Below, one piece after another: positions 39,648-49,250 of a DNA stretch of 64,000 bases (the first letter of the stretch is position 1; every line of letters begins with the position of its first letter). A model generated the notes under the pieces. It saw nothing but the letters and a program-made list of their open reading frames with translations, had not been told where the DNA came from and ran no database searches. This stretch comes from Nitrospirota bacterium (GTDB taxonomy: Bacteria > Nitrospirota > Thermodesulfovibrionia > Thermodesulfovibrionales > JdFR-86). The translations under genes and the position numbers were made by a program. The stretch spans positions 96,001 through 160,000 of the forward strand of contig CAVRJY010000001.1 in NCBI GenBank assembly GCA_963721805.1, given 5' to 3'.

Positions 39648-40610
39648 ATGGACGAAACACTGGTAATGCGCTCTGCCGCGATCGAGGGCGCTCCGGCCGA
39701 GATCCAGGTGATCCCGTTTGGCGGCCACGAGACCACGCAGGGCAGCTTCGTGCTCGACGCCGAGGGGATCAGGCAGATCATCTCAGAGTTCGAGGCGAGA
39801 AAAAACGAGATGGTGATCGACTACGAGCACCAGACGCTCGGGGGCTCCGAGGCCCCGGCCGCCGGATGGATCAAGCGGCTTATAGATAAGGGTGCGGACG
39901 GCCTCTGGGCCTCGGTGCAGTGGACCCCGCGCGCGCTTCAGTACCTAAGGGGCCGCGAGTACCGCTACCTCTCGCCGGTGTTCATGAAGCGCATCGCTGA
40001 CGGCCGCGCGGTGCGCCTGATCAACGCCGCGCTCACAAACCAGCCAGCCATAGACGGCATGGTGCCGGTCGTAAACCGCGCCGCCGTGAACTCGCAAAAG
40101 GAAGGAGGAGGAAAGAAGATGGAAAAGATCATGGAAGCCCTCGGCCTTGATAAGGCTGCAGGGGAGGCGGAGGTCATCGCCGCAATAGGGGCGATGAAGT
40201 CACGCATCACGTCCGTGCTCGACTCTCTCGGGGTCGGGACGGACGCGACGGACCCGGAGCTTTCGGGCACCGTGGCCGCGATGAGACAGGCTTACGAGCA
40301 GCTGCCCGCGATAGCCGCGCGCCTGGCCGAGCTCGAGGCCGCGCTTGGCGGCAAAGAGTCCGCCGGGCTCGTCGAGCAGGCGATGGCCGAAGGCAAGCTC
40401 ACGCCCGCGCAGAAGGCGTGGGCCACGGACTATGCGGCCCGCGACACCGAAGGGTTCCGCGTATTCGTGGCCAAGGCCCCGGTGGTCGTCCCGGTGGCCG
40501 ACGCCCCGAGAGCCGGAGCAAGGAAGGTTCAGGCATTGGACGAGACCCAGCAAAGGGTAAACGCTCATCTCGGCATATCGGCCGAGGCATTCGGCCTTTA
40601 CGGCAAATAG
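39648..40610 (+). CDS. Mu-like prohead protease/scaffold (gpI)
   Basis: VIDYEHQT, APAAGWI, V.WTPRA, EYRYLSPVF, ALTNQPAIDGM, GKLTPAQ..WA. Confidence 0.92.
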   Translation: MDETLVMRSAAIEGAPAEIQVIPFGGHETTQGSFVLDAEGIRQIISEFEARKNEMVIDYEHQTLGGSEAPAAGWIKRLIDKGADGLWASVQWTPRALQYLRGREYRYLSPVFMKRIADGRAVRLINAALTNQPAIDGMVPVVNRAAVNSQKEGGGKKMEKIMEALGLDKAAGEAEVIAAIGAMKSRITSVLDSLGVGTDATDPELSGTVAAMRQAYEQLPAIAARLAELEAALGGKESAGLVEQAMAEGKLTPAQKAWATDYAARDTEGFRVFVAKAPVVVPVADAPRAGARKVQALDETQQRVNAHLGISAEAFGLYGK

Positions 40611-40622
40611 GAGGATCGGCAC

Positions 40623-41030
40623 ATGGCACTCACTTCAGACAGGAACACGCCTCGCCGTGACGGCGAGCTCGTAACTCTCCCGGTCGCGGCCGCAAAACTC
40701 ATCTACGCCGGGTCGCTGGTGGCCAGGGATTCAAGCGGCAACGCCACCCCGGGTGCGGCCGCAACCACGCTTTTGGGAGCCGGCCGCGCCGAGGCGCGTG
40801 CGGATAACTCCGGCGGCTCGGCCGGGGATATCACGGTCGACGTCCGCAAGGGCGTCTTCAGGTTCGGCAACTCCGCCTCCGCGGACGCGATCACGCGCGC
40901 GGACATCGGCGCCAGCTGCTACATCGCCGACGACCAGACGGTCGCCAAGACCAGCGGATCGAGCACGCGCTCGGTAGCCGGAACAGTCTTCGACGTGGAC
41001 TCAGACGGCGTCTGGGTCAAGTTCGAGTAA
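40623..41030 (+). CDS. Capsid decoration/cement-like protein
   Basis: ALT.DRNTP, IYAGSLV, CYIADDQTV, DGVWV; lies between protease and capsid genes. Confidence 0.7.
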   Translation: MALTSDRNTPRRDGELVTLPVAAAKLIYAGSLVARDSSGNATPGAAATTLLGAGRAEARADNSGGSAGDITVDVRKGVFRFGNSASADAITRADIGASCYIADDQTVAKTSGSSTRSVAGTVFDVDSDGVWVKFE

Positions 41031-41043
41031 GGAAAGGACAGAT

Positions 41044-41922
41044 ATGATAATCAACCAGTCAGCGCTTCAGGCCCTGTACAAGGGCTTCAGGACGATATTC
41101 AACGAGTCGTTCGACGCGGTAAAGCCGCAGTACGAGGGCGTGGCGATGGTCGTGCCCTCGACCGTGCGCGAGGAGACCTACGCATGGCTCGGCGCGTTCC
41201 CGTCGATGAGGGAATGGATCGGCGAGCGGCAGGTCAGGAACCTCGACCTGCAGAGCTACAGCATCCGCAACAAGGACTGGGAGGTCACGATCGAGGTCGA
41301 CCGCAACGACCTCGAGGACGACTCGGTAGGCATCTACCGCCCGATCATAGCCGAGCTCGGCCGCTCGGCCGCGATGCACCCCGACGCGCTCGTATTCGGG
41401 TTAATGGGCACCGGGTTTTCCACCGCGTGCTACGACGGGCAGTACTTCTTCGACTCCGCCCACCCGGTAGGCTCCGCCACGGTGAGCAACACCGGCGGGG
41501 GCTCGGGCTCGGCCTGGTATCTGCTCGATACGACGCGCTCTCTGAAGCCTTTCATCTTCCAGTCGAGGCGCGACGTGGAGTTCGTCTCGAAGGACCGGCC
41601 GGACGACGAGCAGGTCTTCATGCGCAAGAAGTACGTCTATGGCGTCGACAGGCGCGACAACGCCGGGTTCGGGCTCTGGCAGCTGGCGTACGGATCGAAG
41701 CAGACGCTGGACGCGGCGAGCTACTCGGCCGCACGCGCCGCGATGATGGCGTACACGGACAGCGAGGGCAAGCCGCTCGGGATCACGCCCAGCGTGCTCG
41801 TCGTGCCGCCTTCTTTGGAGGGCGCTGCGCGCGCGATCGTGACGGCCGAGCGCGACGCCTCGGGCGAGACGAACCCCTGGTTCAATACCGCCGGGCTCCT
41901 CGTGAGCCCGTGGCTTGGGTAG
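41044..41922 (+). CDS. Mu-like major capsid protein (gpT)
   Basis: YAWLG.FP.MREWIGER, CYDGQYFFD.AHPV, WYLLDT.R.LKP.IFQ.R, GFGLWQLAYGS. Confidence 0.93.
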   Translation: MIINQSALQALYKGFRTIFNESFDAVKPQYEGVAMVVPSTVREETYAWLGAFPSMREWIGERQVRNLDLQSYSIRNKDWEVTIEVDRNDLEDDSVGIYRPIIAELGRSAAMHPDALVFGLMGTGFSTACYDGQYFFDSAHPVGSATVSNTGGGSGSAWYLLDTTRSLKPFIFQSRRDVEFVSKDRPDDEQVFMRKKYVYGVDRRDNAGFGLWQLAYGSKQTLDAASYSAARAAMMAYTDSEGKPLGITPSVLVVPPSLEGAARAIVTAERDASGETNPWFNTAGLLVSPWLG

Positions 41923-41928
41923 ACCCCG

Positions 41929-42360
41929 ATGCCCTACAGCACCCTTGATGAGATCGTAAAGCTCCTGCCTGAGGCAACGCTTATCGAGCTTACGGACGAC
42001 ACGGGCGCCGGTACGGTCGACGGGGCGGTCGTCGCCGAGGCCATAGCCCAGGCCGACGCGGAGATCGACTCTTACTGTGGGGGGCGCTACGGCGTCCCCC
42101 TCAGCCCCGTCCCCGAGATCGCAAAAAAGCTCTCGGCGGACATCGCGCTCTATCACCTGTATTCGCGCCGCGTGGCCCAGATGCCGGAGGCCCGCAAGGA
42201 CCGCTACAAAGACGCGGTGCGCCTGCTTGAGGGCATCGCCAAAGGCGCGGTCACGCTGGGCGCCGATACGCCCGCTTCATCGGGGCAGCCGGGCACGGCC
42301 GAGACGAACAGGCCGGACGACGAAAACACATTCACCCGCGACTCGATGCTCGGGTTCTAA
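41929..42360 (+). CDS. Head-tail adaptor (Mu gp36/DUF1320)
   Basis: LIELTD, A.AEID.Y..GRY.VPL, DIALYHLY, YKDAVR.LE.IA.G. Confidence 0.88.
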   Translation: MPYSTLDEIVKLLPEATLIELTDDTGAGTVDGAVVAEAIAQADAEIDSYCGGRYGVPLSPVPEIAKKLSADIALYHLYSRRVAQMPEARKDRYKDAVRLLEGIAKGAVTLGADTPASSGQPGTAETNRPDDENTFTRDSMLGF

Positions 42361-42419
42361 GAAAGAAGGAGACGCTCACAATGCCTGTAAACGACGCATA
42401 TAAGGCCGGGGCATAGCGC

Positions 42420-44924
42420 ATGTCCATCTCGATAGCCTTCCCGCCCGTCTCGGGCTGGGCCCTTTCGGATCCGGCGAAGCTGCTGCTGGCGGGCAACTCA
42501 AGCCGCATGCAGCTCGCCCTGCTGGACGACTTCGCGAACGGCTCGATGGGCGGGCAGTGGAGCGTGGCGACATCCGGGTACTGGGGCCTCTCGACCACCG
42601 GCTCCATCACGGAAGCAGGCGGCGTGCTCGGCATCTCGCACCCCGGCTCCGGCTCGCAGCAGACGCGCGCGTGGGTGACGCCGAACATACTGTCGGGCGA
42701 CTTCGACATCCAGATAGACGTCGCCTCCTTCACTGGCGGCGGCGGTGACGCAGGGATGAAGTTCGGCTTCTACATCGACGCCGGCAATTACTTTTACCTC
42801 AACGCCTACGGCCCGAACTCGGCCTCTATTGCGTACTTCAGCACCATACGCCACGGAGGCGCCAACACGACCGCCAGCTCGGCGTTCGCCGGAGCCGCAT
42901 CGGGCAGGCTCAGGATAGTGCGCGCCGGGACTGCGGTTACCGTTTACTATTACTCAGGCGGATGGGTGCAGCAGAACTCCTATGCCGGCTGCTCGACGTC
43001 CTCCGGCGCGGTGACGCTCAACGGCTGGTGGACATCGGGGGCGTCATGGAACGCCGCGCTTGACAACTTCACGATAAACAGCGGGGCATACGGGGGCGTC
43101 ATGTTCTGCCCGTCCGATTCCCCCACCGCCGAGAGCCCGTGGATAGCGTTGCCGTGCAAGACGCTCGATGCGAGCGCGGCGGTAGCGGCGTTTGAGAACA
43201 CCCAGGGCGGCTCGGGAAACATAAAGTACCAGTACGCGCTTAATAACGGCTCGTACAACGGCTCGTGGCTTACGAAGTCCGGCCTCAACGGCTCGCTTGC
43301 CTCCGCCTCGATCACGGACCCGGCAAACAGCATCAGGCTCAAGGCGCAGCTCAACAGCGACGGCACTCAGATGGCGGATTTCGCGCCCGGATGCATCACA
43401 GCGGGCGATCTCGATTATCCGGCCTCAGGCGACGTAAAAAACGGCGTGGCGTATGCGCTCGGGCAGTACACCGGGACTTACTCGGGCGGAGGGAGCTGCG
43501 ACTACCCCGCGGTTGAGGACGTGCGCGAGGGCGTAAGTTATAACGGCGGCCTGAGCACAGGGACACTCGACCTGCCTTCGATATCCGACGTGCGCCACGC
43601 GACGGCGTTTGACCACAATACAAAGACCGGCACGGCCTATATCCCGGCCGCGGCGGACGTGCGCTCCGGGACGAACGTGGACGCCACGGCCGGGACTCTC
43701 AACCTCCCGGCAGTGGCCGACGTGCGTGCGGCTACGGCCTTCGACGGAGGCACGAAGACCGGCCTGCTCGATCTGCCATCGATATCCGACGTGCGCCACG
43801 CAACGGCGTTTGACCACAACACGAAGACCGGCACGGCCTATATCCCGGCCGCAGGCGACACGCGCTTCGGCGTCGCCGTCGATAGCGGAAGCGGCAGTTG
43901 CAGGGTGCCGTCAAAGGCCGATGTCCGTGCAGGCGTGGCAGTGGACGTCAGCGATACCGGCCAGATCGACCTCCCGGCCGCATCGGATGTACGAAGCGGC
44001 GTGGCCTATGACCACAACGCCCAGACCGGCACGTACGAAGCACCGGCCTGCGATTACCCGCAGGCCGCGGATGTACGCGACGGAGTCAGTTATGACTTCG
44101 GGGCGCTGACCGGCACGCTGGCAGCCGAGACTTGCGACTACCCGCAGGCCGCGGATGTCCGCGACGGGGTCAGTTATGACCATGGCGGACTTGTCGGCAC
44201 GCTGGCAGCCGGGACTTGCGACTACCCGCAGGCCGCGGACGTACGCGACGGGGTCAGTTATGACCATGGCGGACTTGTCGGCACGCTGGCAGCCGGGGCT
44301 TGCGACTACCCGCAGGCTGCGGACGTACGCGACGGGGTCAGTTATGACTTCGGGGCGCTGACCGGCACGCTGGCAGCCGGGACTTGCGACTACCCGCAGG
44401 CCGCGGATGTCCGCGACGGGGTAAGTTATGACTTCGGGGCGCTGACCGGCACGGCGGCGTTGCGGGGCTCTGCCCCGGCGCAGCTCCAGAGTTTCCGGGA
44501 CATAGAGGCCGCGATCATCTCGAAGCTCAAAAGCGATGTCCCGGCCCTGCGCACGGTCGAGTCCTGGGCCGGTCAGATCGCGGACCGGATAGATTCGCTT
44601 ACGGTGCCGCTTCCGGCCGCGTTCGTTTCATACGGGGGCTCGGGCTTCAGCCCCATAGACGGCCCCTCGCACCGCGAGCAGCCCGCCTTTACGGTGCTCG
44701 TCGCGGCTCGCAGCATGCGCGGCGACGGCTCCGAGCGCACATCGGCAAACGGGGCGTACGGGCTCGTGCAATCCGTGCTCTCGGCGCTCGCCAACGAGGA
44801 CTTCGGATATAGCGGCCTTGAGCGGCTCGCGCCCTCGCGCGTGGCGCTCATAGCGAGCGAGGGCGGCGCGGCTGTATACGGAGTTACGTTTCAGACCGCG
44901 TTTGACACGCAATACAACTGGTAA
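42420..44924 (+). CDS. 834-aa fusion: beta-sandwich N-region, 14 fibre-like repeats and a C-terminal Mu gp37/DUF1834-like tail terminator
   Basis: P..xDVR.G..YD repeats; C-terminal IEAAII.KLK...LRTVESWAGQ...PAAFVSY.G...VLVAARSMRG...GAY.LV. Confidence 0.75.
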   Translation: MSISIAFPPVSGWALSDPAKLLLAGNSSRMQLALLDDFANGSMGGQWSVATSGYWGLSTTGSITEAGGVLGISHPGSGSQQTRAWVTPNILSGDFDIQIDVASFTGGGGDAGMKFGFYIDAGNYFYLNAYGPNSASIAYFSTIRHGGANTTASSAFAGAASGRLRIVRAGTAVTVYYYSGGWVQQNSYAGCSTSSGAVTLNGWWTSGASWNAALDNFTINSGAYGGVMFCPSDSPTAESPWIALPCKTLDASAAVAAFENTQGGSGNIKYQYALNNGSYNGSWLTKSGLNGSLASASITDPANSIRLKAQLNSDGTQMADFAPGCITAGDLDYPASGDVKNGVAYALGQYTGTYSGGGSCDYPAVEDVREGVSYNGGLSTGTLDLPSISDVRHATAFDHNTKTGTAYIPAAADVRSGTNVDATAGTLNLPAVADVRAATAFDGGTKTGLLDLPSISDVRHATAFDHNTKTGTAYIPAAGDTRFGVAVDSGSGSCRVPSKADVRAGVAVDVSDTGQIDLPAASDVRSGVAYDHNAQTGTYEAPACDYPQAADVRDGVSYDFGALTGTLAAETCDYPQAADVRDGVSYDHGGLVGTLAAGTCDYPQAADVRDGVSYDHGGLVGTLAAGACDYPQAADVRDGVSYDFGALTGTLAAGTCDYPQAADVRDGVSYDFGALTGTAALRGSAPAQLQSFRDIEAAIISKLKSDVPALRTVESWAGQIADRIDSLTVPLPAAFVSYGGSGFSPIDGPSHREQPAFTVLVAARSMRGDGSERTSANGAYGLVQSVLSALANEDFGYSGLERLAPSRVALIASEGGAAVYGVTFQTAFDTQYNW
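44049..44453 (+). repeat. Five 84-bp in-frame tandem repeats (28 aa: CDYPQAADVRDGVSYDxGxLxGTLAAxx)
   Basis: Units start at 44049, 44133, 44217, 44301 and 44385. Confidence 0.95.
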
Positions 44925-44940
44925 CGAGGAGAGACAAGAA

Positions 44941-45984
44941 ATGGGCATAAGCGCATCAGGGACCGAGCTTCGGGCGGCGGCCGCGAGGGCCGCGATATGG
45001 GGCACGGCGGTTCAGTGCGGCGCGGCGGACGGGGTGCTCGTCCTTCCGTCGGAGATCAAGAAGACCCGCGAGGCCCTCGCGGAGGACTCGCTCGGCACGC
45101 TGTTTTCGAATTCGTCGGACGCAGGTGCGGTAAAGGTCGAGGGCGAGCTCAAGGCCTACCTGCGCTACGACGGGCTGGACCTCCTGCTGGCGCTCGCGAT
45201 GGGCGCAACCGGAGGGGCTCCGGTGCGGCAGGGGACGAGCGCGGCCTACGGCCAGACGCTTAAGTTAAACGGCTCGCTCGACGGCCTGTTTGCCACGCTC
45301 GCGATCAACAACGGCGTGAACGTCGACGAGTTTGCGTCGGTGAAGCTCAGCGGGTTTCAGATCAAGGGCGAGGCCGGAAAGCCTGTCGAGGCCACGTTCA
45401 GCCTGATCGCGAACGACCGCACGACCGGCTCGACCGTCAACACCACAGCGACGTTCAGCGCGGTCACGGATTTTGAGACATCAAACCGCACCCTGTTCAG
45501 CCAGGCCGTGTTCCGTTGCAACGCCCGCTTTGGCGCGGCGCTCGCCGATACCGACAGGATATACCCCTCGGCCTTCACGCTTAAGTTCGTCAGAAAGCTC
45601 CTTGGCGTGCGCACGCTGGGCTCGGGAGCGGATACGGTCGACGAGCCTTCAAACGACGGCCTGCCGGACTGCACGCTATCGCTGACGTTCCCGCGCTACA
45701 CCGGGGCCACGCACTTCGCGGACTGGGACGCGGCCGCGCCCAAGAAGCTCGACCTCGCGTTTACGGGCGCGGTGATCGAGGGCTCATACCGGCGCGCGCT
45801 GAGGTTTTCGTTCCCGAACCTCGCGTACAAGGGCGTCGAGCTCCCGATCAGGCGCGGCCTGCTCGAGCACCCGGTCGAATTTATATGCCTCGGCACGGAG
45901 CTGGCCTCCTCCGGGATGGACGGGATCATGGAGCCCTTCGGGCTTGAGCTCGTAAACCGCCAAAGCGCGGACGTGCTCGGATAG
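44941..45984 (+). CDS. Tail tube (major tail) protein
   Basis: Syntenic position after the terminator; beta-rich; GAGGAG RBS before ATG 44941; no sheath gene present. Confidence 0.65.
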   Translation: MGISASGTELRAAAARAAIWGTAVQCGAADGVLVLPSEIKKTREALAEDSLGTLFSNSSDAGAVKVEGELKAYLRYDGLDLLLALAMGATGGAPVRQGTSAAYGQTLKLNGSLDGLFATLAINNGVNVDEFASVKLSGFQIKGEAGKPVEATFSLIANDRTTGSTVNTTATFSAVTDFETSNRTLFSQAVFRCNARFGAALADTDRIYPSAFTLKFVRKLLGVRTLGSGADTVDEPSNDGLPDCTLSLTFPRYTGATHFADWDAAAPKKLDLAFTGAVIEGSYRRALRFSFPNLAYKGVELPIRRGLLEHPVEFICLGTELASSGMDGIMEPFGLELVNRQSADVLG

Positions 45985-45988
45985 GGCG

Positions 45989-46405
45989 ATGGATATCGAG
46001 GCCCTGGAGAGCGACGACTATGCGGTGTGGGTAAGGTTCATGGACGCCGAGGTGCTCGTGCGCCACGTCCCGGCCGGCGAGCTCCTGTCTATCCGGGAGC
46101 GCAGCCTGAGGCGGGCGTGGGACATCTCGAGCGGGGGCCGGCCGGCCGAGGGCATCGATGCGGCCGAGGCTGCCAGGCTGCTGGGCCGGGCGGCGGTGCG
46201 CGGCTGGCGCGGCCTGAGCATGCGCGGCGAGGACTACCCCTACTCGCCCGAGCGGTGCGACTTCCTTATGGCGCGCTGGGCCGAGTTCGGGCGGTTCGTA
46301 AACGAGGCCGCGACGAGCCTTGCGCGCCTCGCTGAAGCACAGCGGAGGGACGAGTCAAAAAACTCCTCTCTCACATCCGGGCCCGGCTCGACTTCCCGGG
46401 TGTGA
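45989..46405 (+). CDS. Tail assembly chaperone (G-like)
   Basis: AVRGWRGL...PYSPE; ends with the slippery S-K-N codons. Confidence 0.75.
   Translation: MDIEALESDDYAVWVRFMDAEVLVRHVPAGELLSIRERSLRRAWDISSGGRPAEGIDAAEAARLLGRAAVRGWRGLSMRGEDYPYSPERCDFLMARWAEFGRFVNEAATSLARLAEAQRRDESKNSSLTSGPGSTSRV
46357..46363 (+). other. Programmed -1 frameshift site A AAA AAC
   Basis: In-frame X XXY YYZ heptamer; the -1 frame is open to the stop at 46644. Confidence 0.75.
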
Positions 46406-46644
46406 GCTGCGCTTCATGCCGGGAGATAGAGGCATTGGATCAGGTCAGGCCGGACTGCGAGAGCGGCGGCTGCCCGATCCCTCGGGCAACGGGGCGCGGC
46501 ATGCGGGCGGTCGCCCTCAGGTCGATGATAAGGCGGCTTAAGCGGATAGTCCCTGCGGGCGAGGTGCTCCGCCTGATGGGCGCGACGGCGCGTGACCTCG
46601 AGTTGCTGGCCCTGATCGAGGACGAGATAGGAGGCAGGGGATGA
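46402..46644 (+). CDS. Tail chaperone T-like extension (CxxC...C-x4-C)
   Basis: Lies in the -1 frame of the previous ORF. Confidence 0.65.
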   Translation: MSCASCREIEALDQVRPDCESGGCPIPRATGRGMRAVALRSMIRRLKRIVPAGEVLRLMGATARDLELLALIEDEIGGRG

Positions 46645-47048
46645 TAAACATCGAAAGCGACATGGACAAGCTCGCGGCCGCGATCGGCACCGGCGCGTTG
46701 GGCGCGATAGTCGAGAGTGTGACCGAAGAGGCAAAGGCGCTCGCCCCTGGCCGCAGCGGCACCCTTAGGGACTCGATAGAGGGATTCATAACCGGCGCTG
46801 GGTCGGGCTCGATAGACGCGGCTGCGCCCTATGCCTCGTTCGTGCACGACGGCACAGGGCTTTACGGGCCGTCCGGTGCGGCATATGCCGTAAGCGCGCG
46901 CATTAAAAAGGCCCTGTGCTGGCCGGGTGCGAGCCACCCCGTGCGCACGGTGACCGTGCGCGGCATCGAGGGCAGGGAGTTCATCACCCGGGCGCTCGAG
47001 GGCCCGGCACCGGATCAGGCAGTGCAAGGGCTGATCGACAGACTATAG
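46641..47048 (+). CDS. HK97 gp10-like tail-completion/neck protein
   Basis: AP.RSGTLRDSI, PYASFVHDGTG, KKALCW, F..RAL. Confidence 0.8.
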   Translation: MINIESDMDKLAAAIGTGALGAIVESVTEEAKALAPGRSGTLRDSIEGFITGAGSGSIDAAAPYASFVHDGTGLYGPSGAAYAVSARIKKALCWPGASHPVRTVTVRGIEGREFITRALEGPAPDQAVQGLIDRL

Positions 47049-47061
47049 AGGAGGCAACCAG

Positions 47062-47595
47062 ATGGCTGAAGTGGTTATAAACATCAAGGCCGAGGACGCC
47101 GCGACCCCGGTGATCGAGGCGATCTCGGCGACGCTCGACGCGCTCGGCGCCGGGCTCGCGGCGATGGACAGCGGGCTTAGCAAGACCCTCACGCTCGACG
47201 TCTCGGGCGCGCTTTACGGTGCGGCCGAGGTAGCCTCGGCCATCGGCGCGATACCGGACGTGACCGAGAAGAGCGTGGTCATCGAGTACCAGACGATGGC
47301 CTCTCCGGTGAGGCCGTTTACCGAGGGCATCGCGTACATAAAGGACAAGATGGACTCGCTCCCGACCGAGGGCTCATACACCGTGAAGTATGCGACCGAT
47401 GGCTCACCGGCGCAGGGGCAACCGAATGTGCCGGCGCAGCCGGGGCCGGTCACGTTCTCGCCGGTGATCAACGTCAACGCCCAGGCGGGCGGGGCTGCCG
47501 CGGATGCCGCCTCGTTGGCGCGCTCGCTCGATGAGGAGCTTGCGCGGATGTGGCGGACCAACCGCTCGGAACTTAGGAGGGCAGCCACCCTATGA
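47062..47595 (+). CDS. Miniature tape-measure-like protein (177 aa)
   Basis: TMP-like start EVVINIKAEDAAT and end FSPVINVNA...LARSLDEEL; occupies the TMP position. Confidence 0.55.
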   Translation: MAEVVINIKAEDAATPVIEAISATLDALGAGLAAMDSGLSKTLTLDVSGALYGAAEVASAIGAIPDVTEKSVVIEYQTMASPVRPFTEGIAYIKDKMDSLPTEGSYTVKYATDGSPAQGQPNVPAQPGPVTFSPVINVNAQAGGAAADAASLARSLDEELARMWRTNRSELRRAATL

Positions 47596-48332
47596 GCGCG
47601 ATAATCACGGCATGGCAAAACCTGCTCGAAAGCTCAACCGTTACGCTTACGGCCGGCGCGGAGGACCCGGACTACCCGCTATACCGCCTCTGCGACCGCA
47701 ATACCGGGCGCGCGTTTCGCTCAAGCGCAGCCGGAACGCTCGAGATCTCGATAGACCAGGGCGCATCGGGCGCGATGGCCGCAGACCGCCTCCTGATCCC
47801 CTCCGGCCACAACCTTGGCGGTATGACGCTCGACCTGCTCCACTCAGGCGACGGTGTCGCATATATCTCCGCCACGCCGCAGTGGACCGGCGCTGACGGA
47901 GTTATCGAGATGTCATGGGCGCCGCTCACCGCGCGGTACTGGAAGTTCAGGGTCACAGCGCCATCGGTGGCGCCCTCGCTGGGCGAACTGTTCCTGAGCA
48001 GCTCGTACGAGTGGGAGCGCCAGCCAGCGCGGCCCTCCGGCGCGATGGACACGGAGTTTAACGCGCTAAGCGATACGACCTCCTCGGGCGAGGACAGATT
48101 CCTGGTGATGGGCCAGCCCAAGAGGCGGCGCACCTACCGGGTGCCGCGCTGCGGCGCGGCGATGCGCGATGAGATCGAGGCGCTCTATGGCGCATGGGCC
48201 GGGGCATATCCGTTTTGGATGCGGGACCACGAGGGCTCCTGGATATTCGGGCGGATCGTCTCGCCGCCCCAGATAGCGGAGCAGGGGCCCGGAGCATGGG
48301 GCTTCTCGCTCGACTTCAGGGAGGTCTTATGA
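47592..48332 (+). CDS. Distal-tail-like protein with a discoidin/galactose-binding-like domain
   Basis: ISIDQG...DRLLI..HNL...ARYWKFRV...LGELFL; follows the TMP. Confidence 0.55.
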   Translation: MSAIITAWQNLLESSTVTLTAGAEDPDYPLYRLCDRNTGRAFRSSAAGTLEISIDQGASGAMAADRLLIPSGHNLGGMTLDLLHSGDGVAYISATPQWTGADGVIEMSWAPLTARYWKFRVTAPSVAPSLGELFLSSSYEWERQPARPSGAMDTEFNALSDTTSSGEDRFLVMGQPKRRRTYRVPRCGAAMRDEIEALYGAWAGAYPFWMRDHEGSWIFGRIVSPPQIAEQGPGAWGFSLDFREVL

Positions 48333-48757
48333 ACGTGCTCTCCCGTGTCCGCCCGGTCTATCTCGTCAAGATTACCCTTCAGGGCTCCGGCCAGACGCTG
48401 TACCTCTCGGACCGGAACGTGACTGTGGGCGGGCAGGAGTACGAGGACTATATCTCCGCGGTCACGACCCCGGCCGAGGAGGCCAGGCGGCCAACCAGCG
48501 AATCTTTAAACGCGCCGCTTTCGATCGAGTTTCGAAACGAGCCCTGGCGCGGGTTCAGCCGGCTGATCGAGGCCGGGGCCGAGCACCCCTTTGAGGGCGG
48601 CCGCTGCACGCTCAGCGAGGCGTACATCGACGACGCGGGGATGTCGGGCGAACCCGTGGCGCTCTTTACCGGCACGCTCGACGCCCCCGCTGAGATCGAC
48701 TTGCGGGGTTTTAGTTGCGCGGTCTCCGCGCTCGATTATGCCGCTGACAACAGATAA
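48329..48757 (+). CDS. Tail hub/baseplate N-terminal-like protein (142 aa)
   Basis: PVYLVKI...TLYLSDRNV...YEDYI...LFTG; ATGA overlap and GGAGG RBS. Confidence 0.55.
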   Translation: MNVLSRVRPVYLVKITLQGSGQTLYLSDRNVTVGGQEYEDYISAVTTPAEEARRPTSESLNAPLSIEFRNEPWRGFSRLIEAGAEHPFEGGRCTLSEAYIDDAGMSGEPVALFTGTLDAPAEIDLRGFSCAVSALDYAADNR

Positions 48758-48797
48758 GGGATAGGGGCCACAGGCCCCCAAGGAGGAGCAGGAAAAA

Positions 48798-49250
48798 ATG
48801 GGCATAGCATTTGACCACGTGCAGTACGTATCGGACGTCCGGCTGATGCTTGGCGAGTCGACCTCGACGATCACGCTGGCCGCCCCGTTTACGGACAAGG
48901 AGTTCTACCGCTCGGAGATCGACCCCGGATTCGGCGGGGAGATAAGCTTTATCGACGCGGACCTGTATTTCGACCACTACTCGAGCCTCACGCAGAACGT
49001 CACATGGCGCTGGCAGATCAGGGGCAAGGGCCAGGCCGCCTGGACCGACCTCAATACGCCAAAGACCGAGAGCTGGGCCAGCCAGGCCCAGTCGCGCCTC
49101 CGCGTGATCGTCGAGGCCTCCGCCCTTGACGTCAATACGGCCGTGCCGTTTGAGATCCGCATGCTCGCGACCGCGGCCACGGCGGCCACGGTCTATATCG
49201 TGATCGGGACGTATACGCCCTCCATCCGCGTGCTGGGTACGAGCGCATGA
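48798..49250 (+). CDS. Hypothetical beta-rich virion protein
   Basis: Strong RBS; ATGA overlap with the next gene. Confidence 0.6.
   Translation: MGIAFDHVQYVSDVRLMLGESTSTITLAAPFTDKEFYRSEIDPGFGGEISFIDADLYFDHYSSLTQNVTWRWQIRGKGQAAWTDLNTPKTESWASQAQSRLRVIVEASALDVNTAVPFEIRMLATAATAATVYIVIGTYTPSIRVLGTSA

Noticed and set aside
44049..44453. Regular repeats as a CRISPR array or DGR template/variable pair
   Set aside because: The units are contiguous in-frame coding repeats without unique spacers; no cas or reverse transcriptase gene; differences are not adenine-specific.
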